From Candidatus Omnitrophota bacterium (GTDB lineage Bacteria > Omnitrophota > Gorgyraeia > Gygaellales > Profunditerraquicolaceae): 52,371 bases of DNA. Below the pieces are notes generated by a model that was given only the letters and a program-made list of their open reading frames with translations, was not told the DNA's origin and ran no database searches. The position numbers were made by a program, and so were the translations under genes. Shown here piece after piece: positions 30,653-39,505 of the stretch (the first letter of the stretch is position 1; each line of letters starts with the position of its first letter). The DNA lies in contig JAZDOJ010000037.1 of assembly GCA_043798795.1 (NCBI GenBank), positions 1 through 52,371 on the forward strand, written 5' to 3'.

Positions 30653-30694
30653 TAATTTCTCGATAACGGAGAGCATGGAGATTAGGAGAAGAAA

Positions 30695-31414
30695 TTGACG
30701 ACGGTAGATCTGAAAGCGCAGATAAGCAACTTAATCAAATTACAGACAATTGATAGTGAGATTTATGCTTTAGAGCACGAAAAGGAAGCCAAGCCGCAGG
30801 AGATCAAAGCGCTGGAGGAAGCCTTTGAACAGAAGAAACAGTCTCTGGCTGCCCTGGAAAAGACCCTCCTCGATTTTCAAAAACAGCGAAAGGACAAAGA
30901 GTTAGAGCTGGCCTCAAAAGAGGAAGGGACAAAAAAGCTGCAGACGCAGCTGTATTTGCTCAAAACGAATAAGGAATATCAGACCATGCTGCAGCAAATA
31001 GAGGGGATTAAGGCAGATGCCTCGGTTATCGAAGACAAGATTTTAGCCTTATTCGATCAGACAGACAAGGCAAAAAATGAGGGGGAAAAAGAAAAACAAA
31101 AGCTTAAAGAAGAAGAAAAAGTATTTTTAGACCAGAAAAAGAAAGCAGAAGACAGAATTAGGGAAATCGAAGACCGTCTGGCTCAGCTTCAGGCACAGAG
31201 AAAACAGGTAACTCCGGATATCGCGGAGAAGATTCTGACGCAGTATGAAAGGATCATGAAGAACCGCGATGGCCTGGGGATCGTCAGCGTCAAGGACGAC
31301 TCATGTCAAGGGTGCCACATGTTGGTTCCGCCACAGGTCATCAATCTTATCAAGATGTACGAACGCATCATCACCTGTGAGGTGTGTAACCGCATTCTTT
31401 ATACGGATGAATGA
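30695..31414 (+). CDS. C4 zinc-ribbon coiled-coil protein (COG1579/DUF164 family)
   Basis: Long coiled coil plus C-terminal CQGCH...CEVCNRIL. TTG start. Confidence 0.8.
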   Translation: MTTVDLKAQISNLIKLQTIDSEIYALEHEKEAKPQEIKALEEAFEQKKQSLAALEKTLLDFQKQRKDKELELASKEEGTKKLQTQLYLLKTNKEYQTMLQQIEGIKADASVIEDKILALFDQTDKAKNEGEKEKQKLKEEEKVFLDQKKKAEDRIREIEDRLAQLQAQRKQVTPDIAEKILTQYERIMKNRDGLGIVSVKDDSCQGCHMLVPPQVINLIKMYERIITCEVCNRILYTDE

Positions 31415-31877
31415 ATTAGAGATCTACATTGATGGCGCCTCGAAAGGTAACCCGGGCCCTAGCGGCATTGGTGTGGTGATTTCCCGAGAGGGGGAAACCA
31501 TTGAAAATATATCCCGCTTTATTGGTACCGCCACCAATAACGTTGCGGAGTACACCGCCTTGATCCATGCCCTTGAAAAGGCGCAAAGTTTAAAAGCCCA
31601 GGCGTTAAAGATCAATACGGACAGCCAGCTTTTATATAAGCAGGTTTGCAAAGTCTACAAAATTAAAAGTCCGAACATACGGGAGTTATATCATCAAGCT
31701 CAAGCATTGATGTCCGGCTTTAAACAGGTAGCTATCAGAGAGATTCCGCGAGAAAAGAACAAGGGCGCTGATAAATTAGCAACCCATGCTATAAATGAGG
31801 CATTGAAAAAGAATAGGTCTTTGAAGAATAAACAGGCTCAGATGGACAAGGATTATACAGTTGTTAAAAGCCTGTAA
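31407..31877 (+). CDS. rnhA: Ribonuclease HI
   Basis: IYIDGASKGNPGPSGIGV...NNVAEYTALIHALE...TDSQLL...NKGADKLA (DEDD catalytic pattern). Start at the ATG overlapping the upstream stop (ATGAATGA). Confidence 0.85.
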   Translation: MNELEIYIDGASKGNPGPSGIGVVISREGETIENISRFIGTATNNVAEYTALIHALEKAQSLKAQALKINTDSQLLYKQVCKVYKIKSPNIRELYHQAQALMSGFKQVAIREIPREKNKGADKLATHAINEALKKNRSLKNKQAQMDKDYTVVKSL

Positions 31878-31878
31878 T

Positions 31879-32296
31879 GGGGCAGGTAGGATGTGGTCGC
31901 CCTGAATGGTTCTATCAGGGAGGAAAGTCCGGGCTCCGGAGGACAGCGTAGTGGGTAATGCCCACCGTCGTCAAGAATTTTGGCGATAGGATTCCCCCCC
32001 CGGCTAGATAGTAGCAGGGGGACCCGCCGGTGACATTTTTTGAGTCGGCGGGAGAGGACAGAGACGAGTCCCTGCCGTTTTTAGGCGGGGAGTGAGACGA
32101 CCAATCTCTACGTGGAGCAAGGTGGAATAGGAGACAAGCCCGCCATCGGTGGGCAGGTGCTGGTCCGGCACCTCAAAGAGTCTCGGGTAAACTGCTTGAG
32201 GGCGGATGGTAACATCCGTCTCGAGAGAAATGGCCACTCCAGGTAAGCGAAAAAAATCGCAACCGATACAGAACCCGGCTTATTCTATCTGCCCCT
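31879..32296 (+). ncRNA. rnpB: RNase P RNA, bacterial type A
   Basis: Conserved GAGGAAAGTCCGGGCTCC near the 5' end and ACAGAACCCGGCTTA near the 3' end. Terminal P1 pairing GGGGCAG/CTGCCCC. Confidence 0.92.
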
Positions 32297-32339
32297 TTTA
32301 AAATTGAAATTTAGAATGTCATAACAGGAGGTCAACGAA

Positions 32340-33092
32340 ATGTCAGGTCATTCAAAATGGAAAACCAATAAGTCCAGAAAGAACGCTGCCGACGCAAAAA
32401 AGGGAGCGCTGTACACGAAGATCATAAAGGAAATCACCATGGCCGCGCGGGAAGGTGGGGGCAATCCGGATACGAACAGCAAGCTGCGCGCTGTCTTCGC
32501 CAAGGCAAAAGAAGCCAATATGCCTTCGGACAATGTGAAGATGGCCGTCAAGCGGGGAACGGGTGAGTTGCCTGGCGTGGTCTACGAGAATGTCGTCTAC
32601 GAGGCCTACGGAAGCGGAGGTGTCGCGATCCTTATTGAGGCACTCACCGATAATAAAAACCGCACCACGGCGGAACTGCGCAATATCATGTCGAAAAAGA
32701 ACGGCAATATGGCGGGGGCCGGTTCGGTGAGTTGGATGTTCACCAAAAAGGGCTATATCCTGGTTGAAAAAAGCCAGGCCCAGGAGGAGGCCTTAATGAC
32801 TATCGCCCTGGATGCGGGTGCCGAGGATTTCAAGTCGGATGAAAAAAATTACGAGATTTTTACCTCCTCACTTGACTTTGAGAATGTCAAGCAGGTCCTT
32901 CAGGACAAAGGGATAAAATATCAGGTTGCGGAAATCACCATGATCCCATCCTCCACTATTAAATTGACCGGCAATGATGCCAAACAGTTGCTTTCTCTGA
33001 TCGAGGGATTAGAAGATCACGAAGACGTTCAACAGGTGTACGCCAACTTCGATATACCTGATGAAATCCTGGAGCAAGTGACCGCTGAATAA
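32340..33092 (+). CDS. yebC: YebC/PmpR family DNA-binding regulator
   Basis: MSGHSKWKTNK..., with full-length family similarity. Confidence 0.93.
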   Translation: MSGHSKWKTNKSRKNAADAKKGALYTKIIKEITMAAREGGGNPDTNSKLRAVFAKAKEANMPSDNVKMAVKRGTGELPGVVYENVVYEAYGSGGVAILIEALTDNKNRTTAELRNIMSKKNGNMAGAGSVSWMFTKKGYILVEKSQAQEEALMTIALDAGAEDFKSDEKNYEIFTSSLDFENVKQVLQDKGIKYQVAEITMIPSSTIKLTGNDAKQLLSLIEGLEDHEDVQQVYANFDIPDEILEQVTAE

Positions 33093-33095
33093 CCC

Positions 33096-33575
33096 ATGGT
33101 CATCTTAGGTATTGATCCGGCATTAACAGTCACTGGATACGGTGTTATACAAGTAGGGACTAAAGTTTCGCTGGTTGAGGCGGGTATCATTGTAACTTCG
33201 CCAAAAGAAAAATTGACCGGCCGCTTGAGTAAGATATACCGCGGCGTCTCCAAATTGATATCCGATACAAAGCCTGACGTGGTGGTTCTGGAAAAGCTTT
33301 ACGCCCATTACCGGCACCCGATGACCGTCTATCTTTTGGGGCAGGCGCGAGGAGTCATCGTGCTCGCCTGCGCAACCAAGAATACATCTTTGGTGGAATA
33401 CGCAGCGACTCGGGTCAAAAAGGCCATTGTGGGAAAGGGCCTCGCTTCCAAGTATCAGGTGCAAAGGATGATTGCCAGCGTCCTTCAGCTATCTATTGTC
33501 CCCAAATATACGGATGTCACGGATGCGCTGGCTTTAGCCATGGCTCACAGTTATATCATGAAGGCGAAGGTATGA
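33096..33575 (+). CDS. ruvC: Holliday junction resolvase RuvC
   Basis: ILGIDPALTVTGYGVI... and the C-terminal DVTDALALAMAH. Confidence 0.93.
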   Translation: MVILGIDPALTVTGYGVIQVGTKVSLVEAGIIVTSPKEKLTGRLSKIYRGVSKLISDTKPDVVVLEKLYAHYRHPMTVYLLGQARGVIVLACATKNTSLVEYAATRVKKAIVGKGLASKYQVQRMIASVLQLSIVPKYTDVTDALALAMAHSYIMKAKV

Positions 33576-34198
33576 TCTCAAGGATATCGGGTAAAATCGT
33601 CGAGAAGGGTCCTAACTATTTGATCCTGCAGGCCCAGGATTTGTGCTACGAAGTCTTTTTGCCGGCGACGGTGATGCAACGCCTTGATGAATGCATCGAT
33701 AAAGACGGGGGGGTGAGTTTGCGGACGTATCATTACCATCAGGTAGAGCCTTCCCGCTCAACTCCGGTCTTGATCGGGTTTCTTAACGACATCGAGAAAG
33801 ATTTCTTTCAAATCTTTATCACGGTTTCAGGGATCGGCCCGCGGGCTGCGTTAAGGGCTCTGAATAAACCCATTTCGCAGATAGCCAAGGCCATTGATGA
33901 AGGGGACGTGTCCTTCTTAAGGTCCCTGCCGGGTATCGGGGAGCAGAGGGCCAGGGAAATCGTTGCTAAGCTTCAGAACAAAGTCGGCAAGTTCGGCCTC
34001 ATACAGGACGATCACGTGCAGGAAGAAACAGGGCGGACAAAGGATATCGCGGAAGAGGTGTTGGCCGTTCTCATGCAGCTGGGGTATAAGAAACCCGAAG
34101 CCAACAGCATGATCAAGAAAGCCTTGGAGCTTTCATCTGATATAGAAACGAGCGAAGAACTGCTCAATGTCGTCTATAAACAGAAGAAGTCACAATAG
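33572..34198 (+). CDS. ruvA: Holliday junction branch migration protein RuvA
   Basis: HhH motifs (VSGIGPRAALRAL, LPGIGEQRAREI) and a C-terminal domain III. Confidence 0.9.
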   Translation: MISRISGKIVEKGPNYLILQAQDLCYEVFLPATVMQRLDECIDKDGGVSLRTYHYHQVEPSRSTPVLIGFLNDIEKDFFQIFITVSGIGPRAALRALNKPISQIAKAIDEGDVSFLRSLPGIGEQRAREIVAKLQNKVGKFGLIQDDHVQEETGRTKDIAEEVLAVLMQLGYKKPEANSMIKKALELSSDIETSEELLNVVYKQKKSQ

Positions 34199-34203
34199 TC
34201 CTT

Positions 34204-34827
34204 ATGTCAGAAAATAATTTGAAGTCCGTTATGGAGGCGCTCCTTTTTGCCAGTGATAAGCCCCTGACCATCGAGCAGGCCAGGAAAGTCCTGGATAACC
34301 TGGAGGCCAGCGAAATCCGCAGAATGCTGGATGAGCTGAAAAACGATTACGAACAGTCAAACCGGGGACTGCGCATTGTAGAAGTAGCCGGCGGTTTTCA
34401 GATGACGACAGCTCCTGCCTTCGCGACGTTTCTCAAGAGACTGTTCAAGGCGCGCCATGTGGAAAGGTTATCCAAACCCGCGCTGGAAACATTAGCCATC
34501 ATTGCCTATAAACAACCCGTTACAAAGATGGAGATCGAGTCTTTGAGGAGCGTCAATGTGGATGGTGTTATCTCAAGTCTCTTGGATAAGAATCTCGTGC
34601 GTATTTCTGGTAGGAAAAAAGCGCCGGGAAGGCCTTTTGTGTTTGGTACGACCAGGCAATTCCTGGAATATTTCGGCTTAAAGACGCTGGAAGAGCTTCC
34701 CAAGATGGAAGAATTCTCAAATCTTGCAGCGGAAAAAGAAATCGAGCCTATCGAACCCCTAGGCATTTCAGAAGCCAAAGATGGGGATGAACAAAGGAGT
34801 TCAGATGAGCCTCAAGAAAATGCGTAA
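34204..34827 (+). CDS. scpB: Segregation and condensation protein B
   Basis: EALLFASDKPLT.. N-terminus and two winged-helix repeats. Confidence 0.88.
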   Translation: MSENNLKSVMEALLFASDKPLTIEQARKVLDNLEASEIRRMLDELKNDYEQSNRGLRIVEVAGGFQMTTAPAFATFLKRLFKARHVERLSKPALETLAIIAYKQPVTKMEIESLRSVNVDGVISSLLDKNLVRISGRKKAPGRPFVFGTTRQFLEYFGLKTLEELPKMEEFSNLAAEKEIEPIEPLGISEAKDGDEQRSSDEPQENA

Positions 34828-35869
34828 GGCAATAGATCAGCTTGACAAGAAAATAATCCATTTGCTCAACACGCGAGCGAAAGTCACTCAGGGTATCGCC
34901 CGAATAAAACAAAAGAGCGGAAAAAGCATTTACGCTCCTGACCGGGAAAGAGAAGTCTTGGGTAAAGTAACAGCCCTTGGCCGCGGCGGCCCCTTAAGCA
35001 AGGCTGCCCTTGAGTCGATCTACCGGGAGATCATGTCATCGAGCCTGGCCTTGGAAAAACCGTTTCGCATCGCCTATCTTGGCCCGCAAGCCACTTTCAC
35101 ACATCTGGCTGCTTTAAAGAGGTTCGGTTCTCAGGTTGGCTATATGGCTTGCGAGAGCATCCCGGATTGTTTCAGGGAGGTGGAGAGGGATGTGGCGGAT
35201 TACGGGGTGGTCCCGATTGAGAATTCAGTGGAAGGCGCGGTGACGCACACGTTGGATATGTTCGTGGATTCCGATTTAAAGATCTGTTCCCAAATCATTT
35301 TGGATGTGGCGCACAACCTGTTAGCCAATTGTCCTAGGGCTAAGATCCGTCGTGTGTATTCCAATCCGCAGGTATTTGGCCAATGCCGCATCTGGCTTCA
35401 GGAGAATCTCGCCCAAGCCGAGATGATAGAGGTGTCCAGCACCACGCGGGCAGCCCAGATTGCCTCTAAAGAGAAATATAGCGCCTGTATCGCGTCCTTA
35501 TTGGCAGCCAAGGTTTATAAGTTAAAGGTCGTTGCGCAAGACATCGAGGACTCACCCTACAATATCACGCGTTTTCTTGTGGTCGGTAAGACTTTGCCAG
35601 GCCCAACCCTTAACGACAAGACGTCGATTTTGTTTTCCATCAAAGACAAGGTGGGGGCCCTGCATGACATGCTTTTACCGTTTAAAAAACACCATATCAA
35701 TCTGACCAAGATCGAGTCCAGGCCTTCCAAAAAAAAGGCATGGGATTATTATTTCTTTGTGGATTTGGAAGGACATCTAGCCAGCGCCTCCGTAAAGAAA
35801 GCATTGGCTGAATTAGAGTATAAGTGCAAATTTTTAAAAGTTTTGGGTTCCTATCCCGTTGGTGAATAA
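34805..35869 (+). CDS. pheA: Bifunctional chorismate mutase / prephenate dehydratase (P-protein)
   Basis: CM domain (IDQLDKKIIHLLNTRA), PDT domain (IAYLGPQATFTH) and ACT domain (ESRPSKKKAWDYYFFVD). Start is uncertain: ATGs at 34781, 34787 and 34805. Confidence 0.9.
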   Translation: MSLKKMRKAIDQLDKKIIHLLNTRAKVTQGIARIKQKSGKSIYAPDREREVLGKVTALGRGGPLSKAALESIYREIMSSSLALEKPFRIAYLGPQATFTHLAALKRFGSQVGYMACESIPDCFREVERDVADYGVVPIENSVEGAVTHTLDMFVDSDLKICSQIILDVAHNLLANCPRAKIRRVYSNPQVFGQCRIWLQENLAQAEMIEVSSTTRAAQIASKEKYSACIASLLAAKVYKLKVVAQDIEDSPYNITRFLVVGKTLPGPTLNDKTSILFSIKDKVGALHDMLLPFKKHHINLTKIESRPSKKKAWDYYFFVDLEGHLASASVKKALAELEYKCKFLKVLGSYPVGE

Positions 35870-36951
35870 TGGAAGAATTGGTTCGTAAAAATATATTAAA
35901 CGTTACCCCTTATAGTGCCGGCAAGCCTATCGAAGAGACGAAGAGACAGTTAGGGCTGAGTGAGGTTATCAAAATAGCTTCAAACGAGAACCCTTTAGGC
36001 CCGTCTCCCAAGGCCGTTGCCGCTATCCGCAAAAGTCTTTCCGGCATCAACCGTTACCCGGATAGTAACGGATATCTCCTTAAGAAGAAGCTGGCGAGAG
36101 TTTTTCACCTGGAACCCTCTTATTTTTCGCTGGGCAACGGTTCCGATGAGTTGATCGATACCCTCATCAAGACCTTCGTGGAAGAAGGTGAATCGATTAT
36201 GACCGCTGATACGACGTTTTTGGAATATAAGGTGATAGCTCAAGTCATCGGACGCAGGGTCATCACGGTGCCGCTACGTTATTTTAAATACGATCTGGAG
36301 TCGTTCAAGAGAAGGCTCGAAAAAAAAGTGAAAATGATTTTTATCGCCAATCCCAATAATCCGACGGGAACCTACGTCACAAAATGCGAGCTGGAAGATT
36401 TTATCAGCGGTCTGCCGAAAGATGTGCTGCTGGTGTTGGATGAGGCCTATGATACCTTCATCGATGTCGACGATTTTCCCAACGGTTTAAAATATATCCA
36501 GCGCTCAAATGTCATTGTGCTTAAGACCTTTTCCAAGGCCTATGGTCTGGCCGGCCTGAGGCTAGGCTTTGCCGTGGCCAAGCCTAGCATGATTTCTTAT
36601 ATGGAAAGGGCCCGTCAGCCTTTTAATGTGAACCTGCTCGCCCAGCAGGCAGGACGGGCTGCCCTGGAAGATAAAAAATTCCTTGATCGGACAAGGAAGG
36701 TGGTCTGGGCGGGAAAGGGTTATCTGGTTGCACAGCTTAGAAAAATGGGATTGGCTACCGTTGCGTCTGTGGCTAATTTCATCCTGATCGATTGTCAGCG
36801 CGATTCCATGGATGTCTTTAAGAAGATGCTTAAATATGGCGTGATTGTTCGAGATATGAAACAGTATGGGCTCAATAATTTCATCCGCGTGACAGTGGCA
36901 ACCAAAAAAGAGAACGAGAAGTTTATAAGAGCGCTAAAAAAGGTATTATAA
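35869..36951 (+). CDS. hisC: Histidinol-phosphate / aromatic aminotransferase (class II)
   Basis: NENPLGPSP, NPNNPTG and the TFSKAYGLAGLRLG PLP-lysine motif. Confidence 0.88.
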   Translation: MEELVRKNILNVTPYSAGKPIEETKRQLGLSEVIKIASNENPLGPSPKAVAAIRKSLSGINRYPDSNGYLLKKKLARVFHLEPSYFSLGNGSDELIDTLIKTFVEEGESIMTADTTFLEYKVIAQVIGRRVITVPLRYFKYDLESFKRRLEKKVKMIFIANPNNPTGTYVTKCELEDFISGLPKDVLLVLDEAYDTFIDVDDFPNGLKYIQRSNVIVLKTFSKAYGLAGLRLGFAVAKPSMISYMERARQPFNVNLLAQQAGRAALEDKKFLDRTRKVVWAGKGYLVAQLRKMGLATVASVANFILIDCQRDSMDVFKKMLKYGVIVRDMKQYGLNNFIRVTVATKKENEKFIRALKKVL

Positions 36952-36961
36952 AGGAGAAGGC

Positions 36962-37978
36962 ATGATTATCGTTTTACGTCGTGATGCGACAAAAGAACAG
37001 ATAGACCATATCGTCGATAAGGTCCAGAAGCTTGGGTTAACGCCTCATGTCTCCAAGGGGACGGAGCGGACCATTATAGGCGTTATTGGACCCGAAGAAG
37101 TCTTACAGGTGACGCCCTTAGAGGTTTTTCCCGGCGTGGAAAAGGTCATGCCTGTGTTGGCTCCTTATAAGCTTGTATCGCGCGAATTTAGGCGTCAGGA
37201 TTCGATTATTGATTTGGGCAAGGGGGTTCAAATAGGAGGCAAAAGGATCATATGTATGGCAGGCCCTTGCACAATAGAAAACTTTGAATCTTTGCGTAAG
37301 GTTGCCACAGAAGTCAAGGAAGCGGGTGCTTGCGTTTTGCGGGGAGGAGCCTTCAAGCCACGCACCTCTCCTTATAGTTTTCAAGGGTTAGGCAAGGAGG
37401 GGCTTGAGTATTTGAATAAGGTGGGTAAAGAATTAAGCCTCGTGACTGTTACGGAAGTCATGGATCCGCGCGATGTCGAGCTGGTTGCCGGTTTTGTCGA
37501 CGTTCTACAAATCGGTTGCCGTAATATGCAGAATTTTAATCTCTTAAAAGAGGTGGGTCTTACTAAAAAGCCTGTTCTCCTGAAGCGCGGGATGTCTTCG
37601 ACAGTAAAAGAACTACTCATGTCTGCGGAATACATCTTATCGGCAGGTAATTTTAACGTTCTTTTATGCGAGCGCGGCATTAGGACATTTGAGGATTCTA
37701 CGCGCAATACCCTGGATATCAGTGCGGTCCCCGTGGCTAAACAACTTTCTCATCTGCCTATGGTTGTGGACCCAAGCCACGCCGCAGGAAAATGGGGGCT
37801 TGTGTCTGCGTTGGCAAAGGCAGCTGTTGCCAGCGGCACCGATGGCCTGATTATCGAAGTGCATGATAATCCTGAAGAGGCTGTTTCTGACGGCGCCCAA
37901 TCTCTTTTACCCTCTAATTTTGCGATTTTAATGGAGGAGCTGAAAGCCATCGCTAAAGCGGTGGGCAGGGATATATAA
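36962..37978 (+). CDS. aroF: 3-deoxy-7-phosphoheptulonate (DAHP) synthase, type I-beta with N-terminal ferredoxin-like domain
   Basis: MIIVLRRDATKEQI...GTERTIIGVIG followed by the KDO8P/DAHP-synthase barrel (AGPCTIE, GAFKPRTSPYSFQG, DPSHA). Confidence 0.9.
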   Translation: MIIVLRRDATKEQIDHIVDKVQKLGLTPHVSKGTERTIIGVIGPEEVLQVTPLEVFPGVEKVMPVLAPYKLVSREFRRQDSIIDLGKGVQIGGKRIICMAGPCTIENFESLRKVATEVKEAGACVLRGGAFKPRTSPYSFQGLGKEGLEYLNKVGKELSLVTVTEVMDPRDVELVAGFVDVLQIGCRNMQNFNLLKEVGLTKKPVLLKRGMSSTVKELLMSAEYILSAGNFNVLLCERGIRTFEDSTRNTLDISAVPVAKQLSHLPMVVDPSHAAGKWGLVSALAKAAVASGTDGLIIEVHDNPEEAVSDGAQSLLPSNFAILMEELKAIAKAVGRDI

Positions 37979-38009
37979 TAGTTCAAAGTTCAGGGTTGAA
38001 AGTTTAGAG

Positions 38010-38852
38010 ATGAGATTATTTAAAAAAGTTGCTATTGTGGGGACAGGATTGATTGGCGGCTCCATAGCTTTAGCCATACGAAAGAAGCGTTTGGCAGATG
38101 AGGTTGTTGGCGTAAGCCGCCGCAGAAAAAGCATACGCGATGCGAAGAAAAAGGGAGCCATAGATAGAGGCTCCCAAGATTTAAAGATTATCCGCGGCTG
38201 TGACGTTCTGATATTAGCCATGCCGGTAGAGACCATCATCAAAATAGCTCCTGTCCTTTCTCGGCTCATAAGCAGGGATTGTTTGGTTACGGACGTGGGT
38301 AGCACAAAGGCAGAAATCGTCAGAATTCTTTCGAAGATTTTTCCCAATTTTATCGGAGGCCACCCCCTGGCCGGCTCTGAAAAAACCGGAATTCTTCAGG
38401 CGCGCGAGGATTTGTTTGAAAACTCTCTTTGTATTCTGACGCCTACGGTGGCAGCATCCAGTTCGGCCCTGAGCCGAATAAAGGCATTATGGCAGAAGCT
38501 GGGTGCACAAACGGTTTTGTTGACGCCCAAAAGCCACGATAAGATTTTGTCTTTTGCAAGCCACCTGCCGCACGTAGCTGCCTTTGCGTTGATGGGGGCT
38601 GTCCCTAAAGATTATTTACGGTTCGCGGCAAGCGGCCTGAAAGATACGACGCGCATCGCTCGTTCCGAAGCTGAGCTTTGGGTTCAGATCTTTTTAAGCA
38701 ACACAAAGAATTTAGTAAAGGCCATAGAATCATTCGAAGCTCAATTGTCTCAGATAAAAGGCGCCTTGAGAAGGAAGGATAGAAAACGGCTAAAGGTCAT
38801 TTTGGGTGAGGCAAGGGGAAAAAGAGAAAAGCTAGAGAAATCCAAAATATGA
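38010..38852 (+). CDS. tyrA: Prephenate dehydrogenase
   Basis: VAIVGTGLIGGSIALA Rossmann motif, GGHPLAGSE and SHLPH. Confidence 0.87.
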   Translation: MRLFKKVAIVGTGLIGGSIALAIRKKRLADEVVGVSRRRKSIRDAKKKGAIDRGSQDLKIIRGCDVLILAMPVETIIKIAPVLSRLISRDCLVTDVGSTKAEIVRILSKIFPNFIGGHPLAGSEKTGILQAREDLFENSLCILTPTVAASSSALSRIKALWQKLGAQTVLLTPKSHDKILSFASHLPHVAAFALMGAVPKDYLRFAASGLKDTTRIARSEAELWVQIFLSNTKNLVKAIESFEAQLSQIKGALRRKDRKRLKVILGEARGKREKLEKSKI

Positions 38853-39505
38853 TTATCGCCATTGATGGTCCTGCGGGCGCAGGTAAGAGCACGGTCGCAA
38901 AAAAAATAGCCCAGAAATTGGGCTTTCTTTATATTGATACCGGCGCTATGTACAGGGCCTTGACCTTGAAGATCCTGGAATCCAAAGTGGATATCAAGGA
39001 TATCCGGAAGGTCGTGCAGGTCGCGCGGAATACCCATCTTGAGATGAAGACAGATAAAGATGGCTCTCTGAGGGTCTTATTAGACGGACAGGACGTCAGC
39101 CGTGACATCCGGGAAGCGCGCATCGCCCGGCATGTCTCGGATATCGCCAGGATCAGGGAAGTCCGTGAGGCGATGGTTGAGCTGCAGAGAGGTTTCGGCG
39201 CTAAGGCCAGTTGCGTGTTGGACGGACGCGATATCGGAACAGTGGTCTTTCCCGACGCCGACAAAAAGTTTTATATGGATGCGAACCTTAGCGAAAGAGT
39301 CCATAGAAGATTCGATGAGTTGAAGGGTCTCGGCCAGAATAGCACCCTGGAGGATGTGGAGCATGATCTGCGTAATCGCGACACCATCGATTCCACAAGA
39401 TCGGTTGCGCCCCTTAAAAGGGCCCCCGATGCTGTCTATATCGATACCACGCGTATGACCATTGAGCAAGTCGTGGAGGAAGCGTTGAGCCATATCCATG
39501 GATAA
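38849..39505 (+). CDS. cmk: Cytidylate kinase
   Basis: IIAIDGPAGAGKSTVAK and YIDTGAMYR. Confidence 0.93.
   Translation: MIIAIDGPAGAGKSTVAKKIAQKLGFLYIDTGAMYRALTLKILESKVDIKDIRKVVQVARNTHLEMKTDKDGSLRVLLDGQDVSRDIREARIARHVSDIARIREVREAMVELQRGFGAKASCVLDGRDIGTVVFPDADKKFYMDANLSERVHRRFDELKGLGQNSTLEDVEHDLRNRDTIDSTRSVAPLKRAPDAVYIDTTRMTIEQVVEEALSHIHG

Noticed and set aside
30383-30660. Integrated mobile element at the tRNA genes
   Set aside because: No integrase, excisionase or phage genes occur on either side. The duplicated tRNA 3' end is only about 100 nt away, so at most it is a scar.
31269-31406. Long N-terminal extension of the RNase H ORF
   Set aside because: It overlaps the 3' end of the zinc-ribbon gene in another frame. 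The conserved RNase H domain begins right after the ATG at 31407, which overlaps the upstream stop.
32004-32237. 77-aa minus-strand ORF
   Set aside because: It lies entirely inside the RNase P RNA gene.
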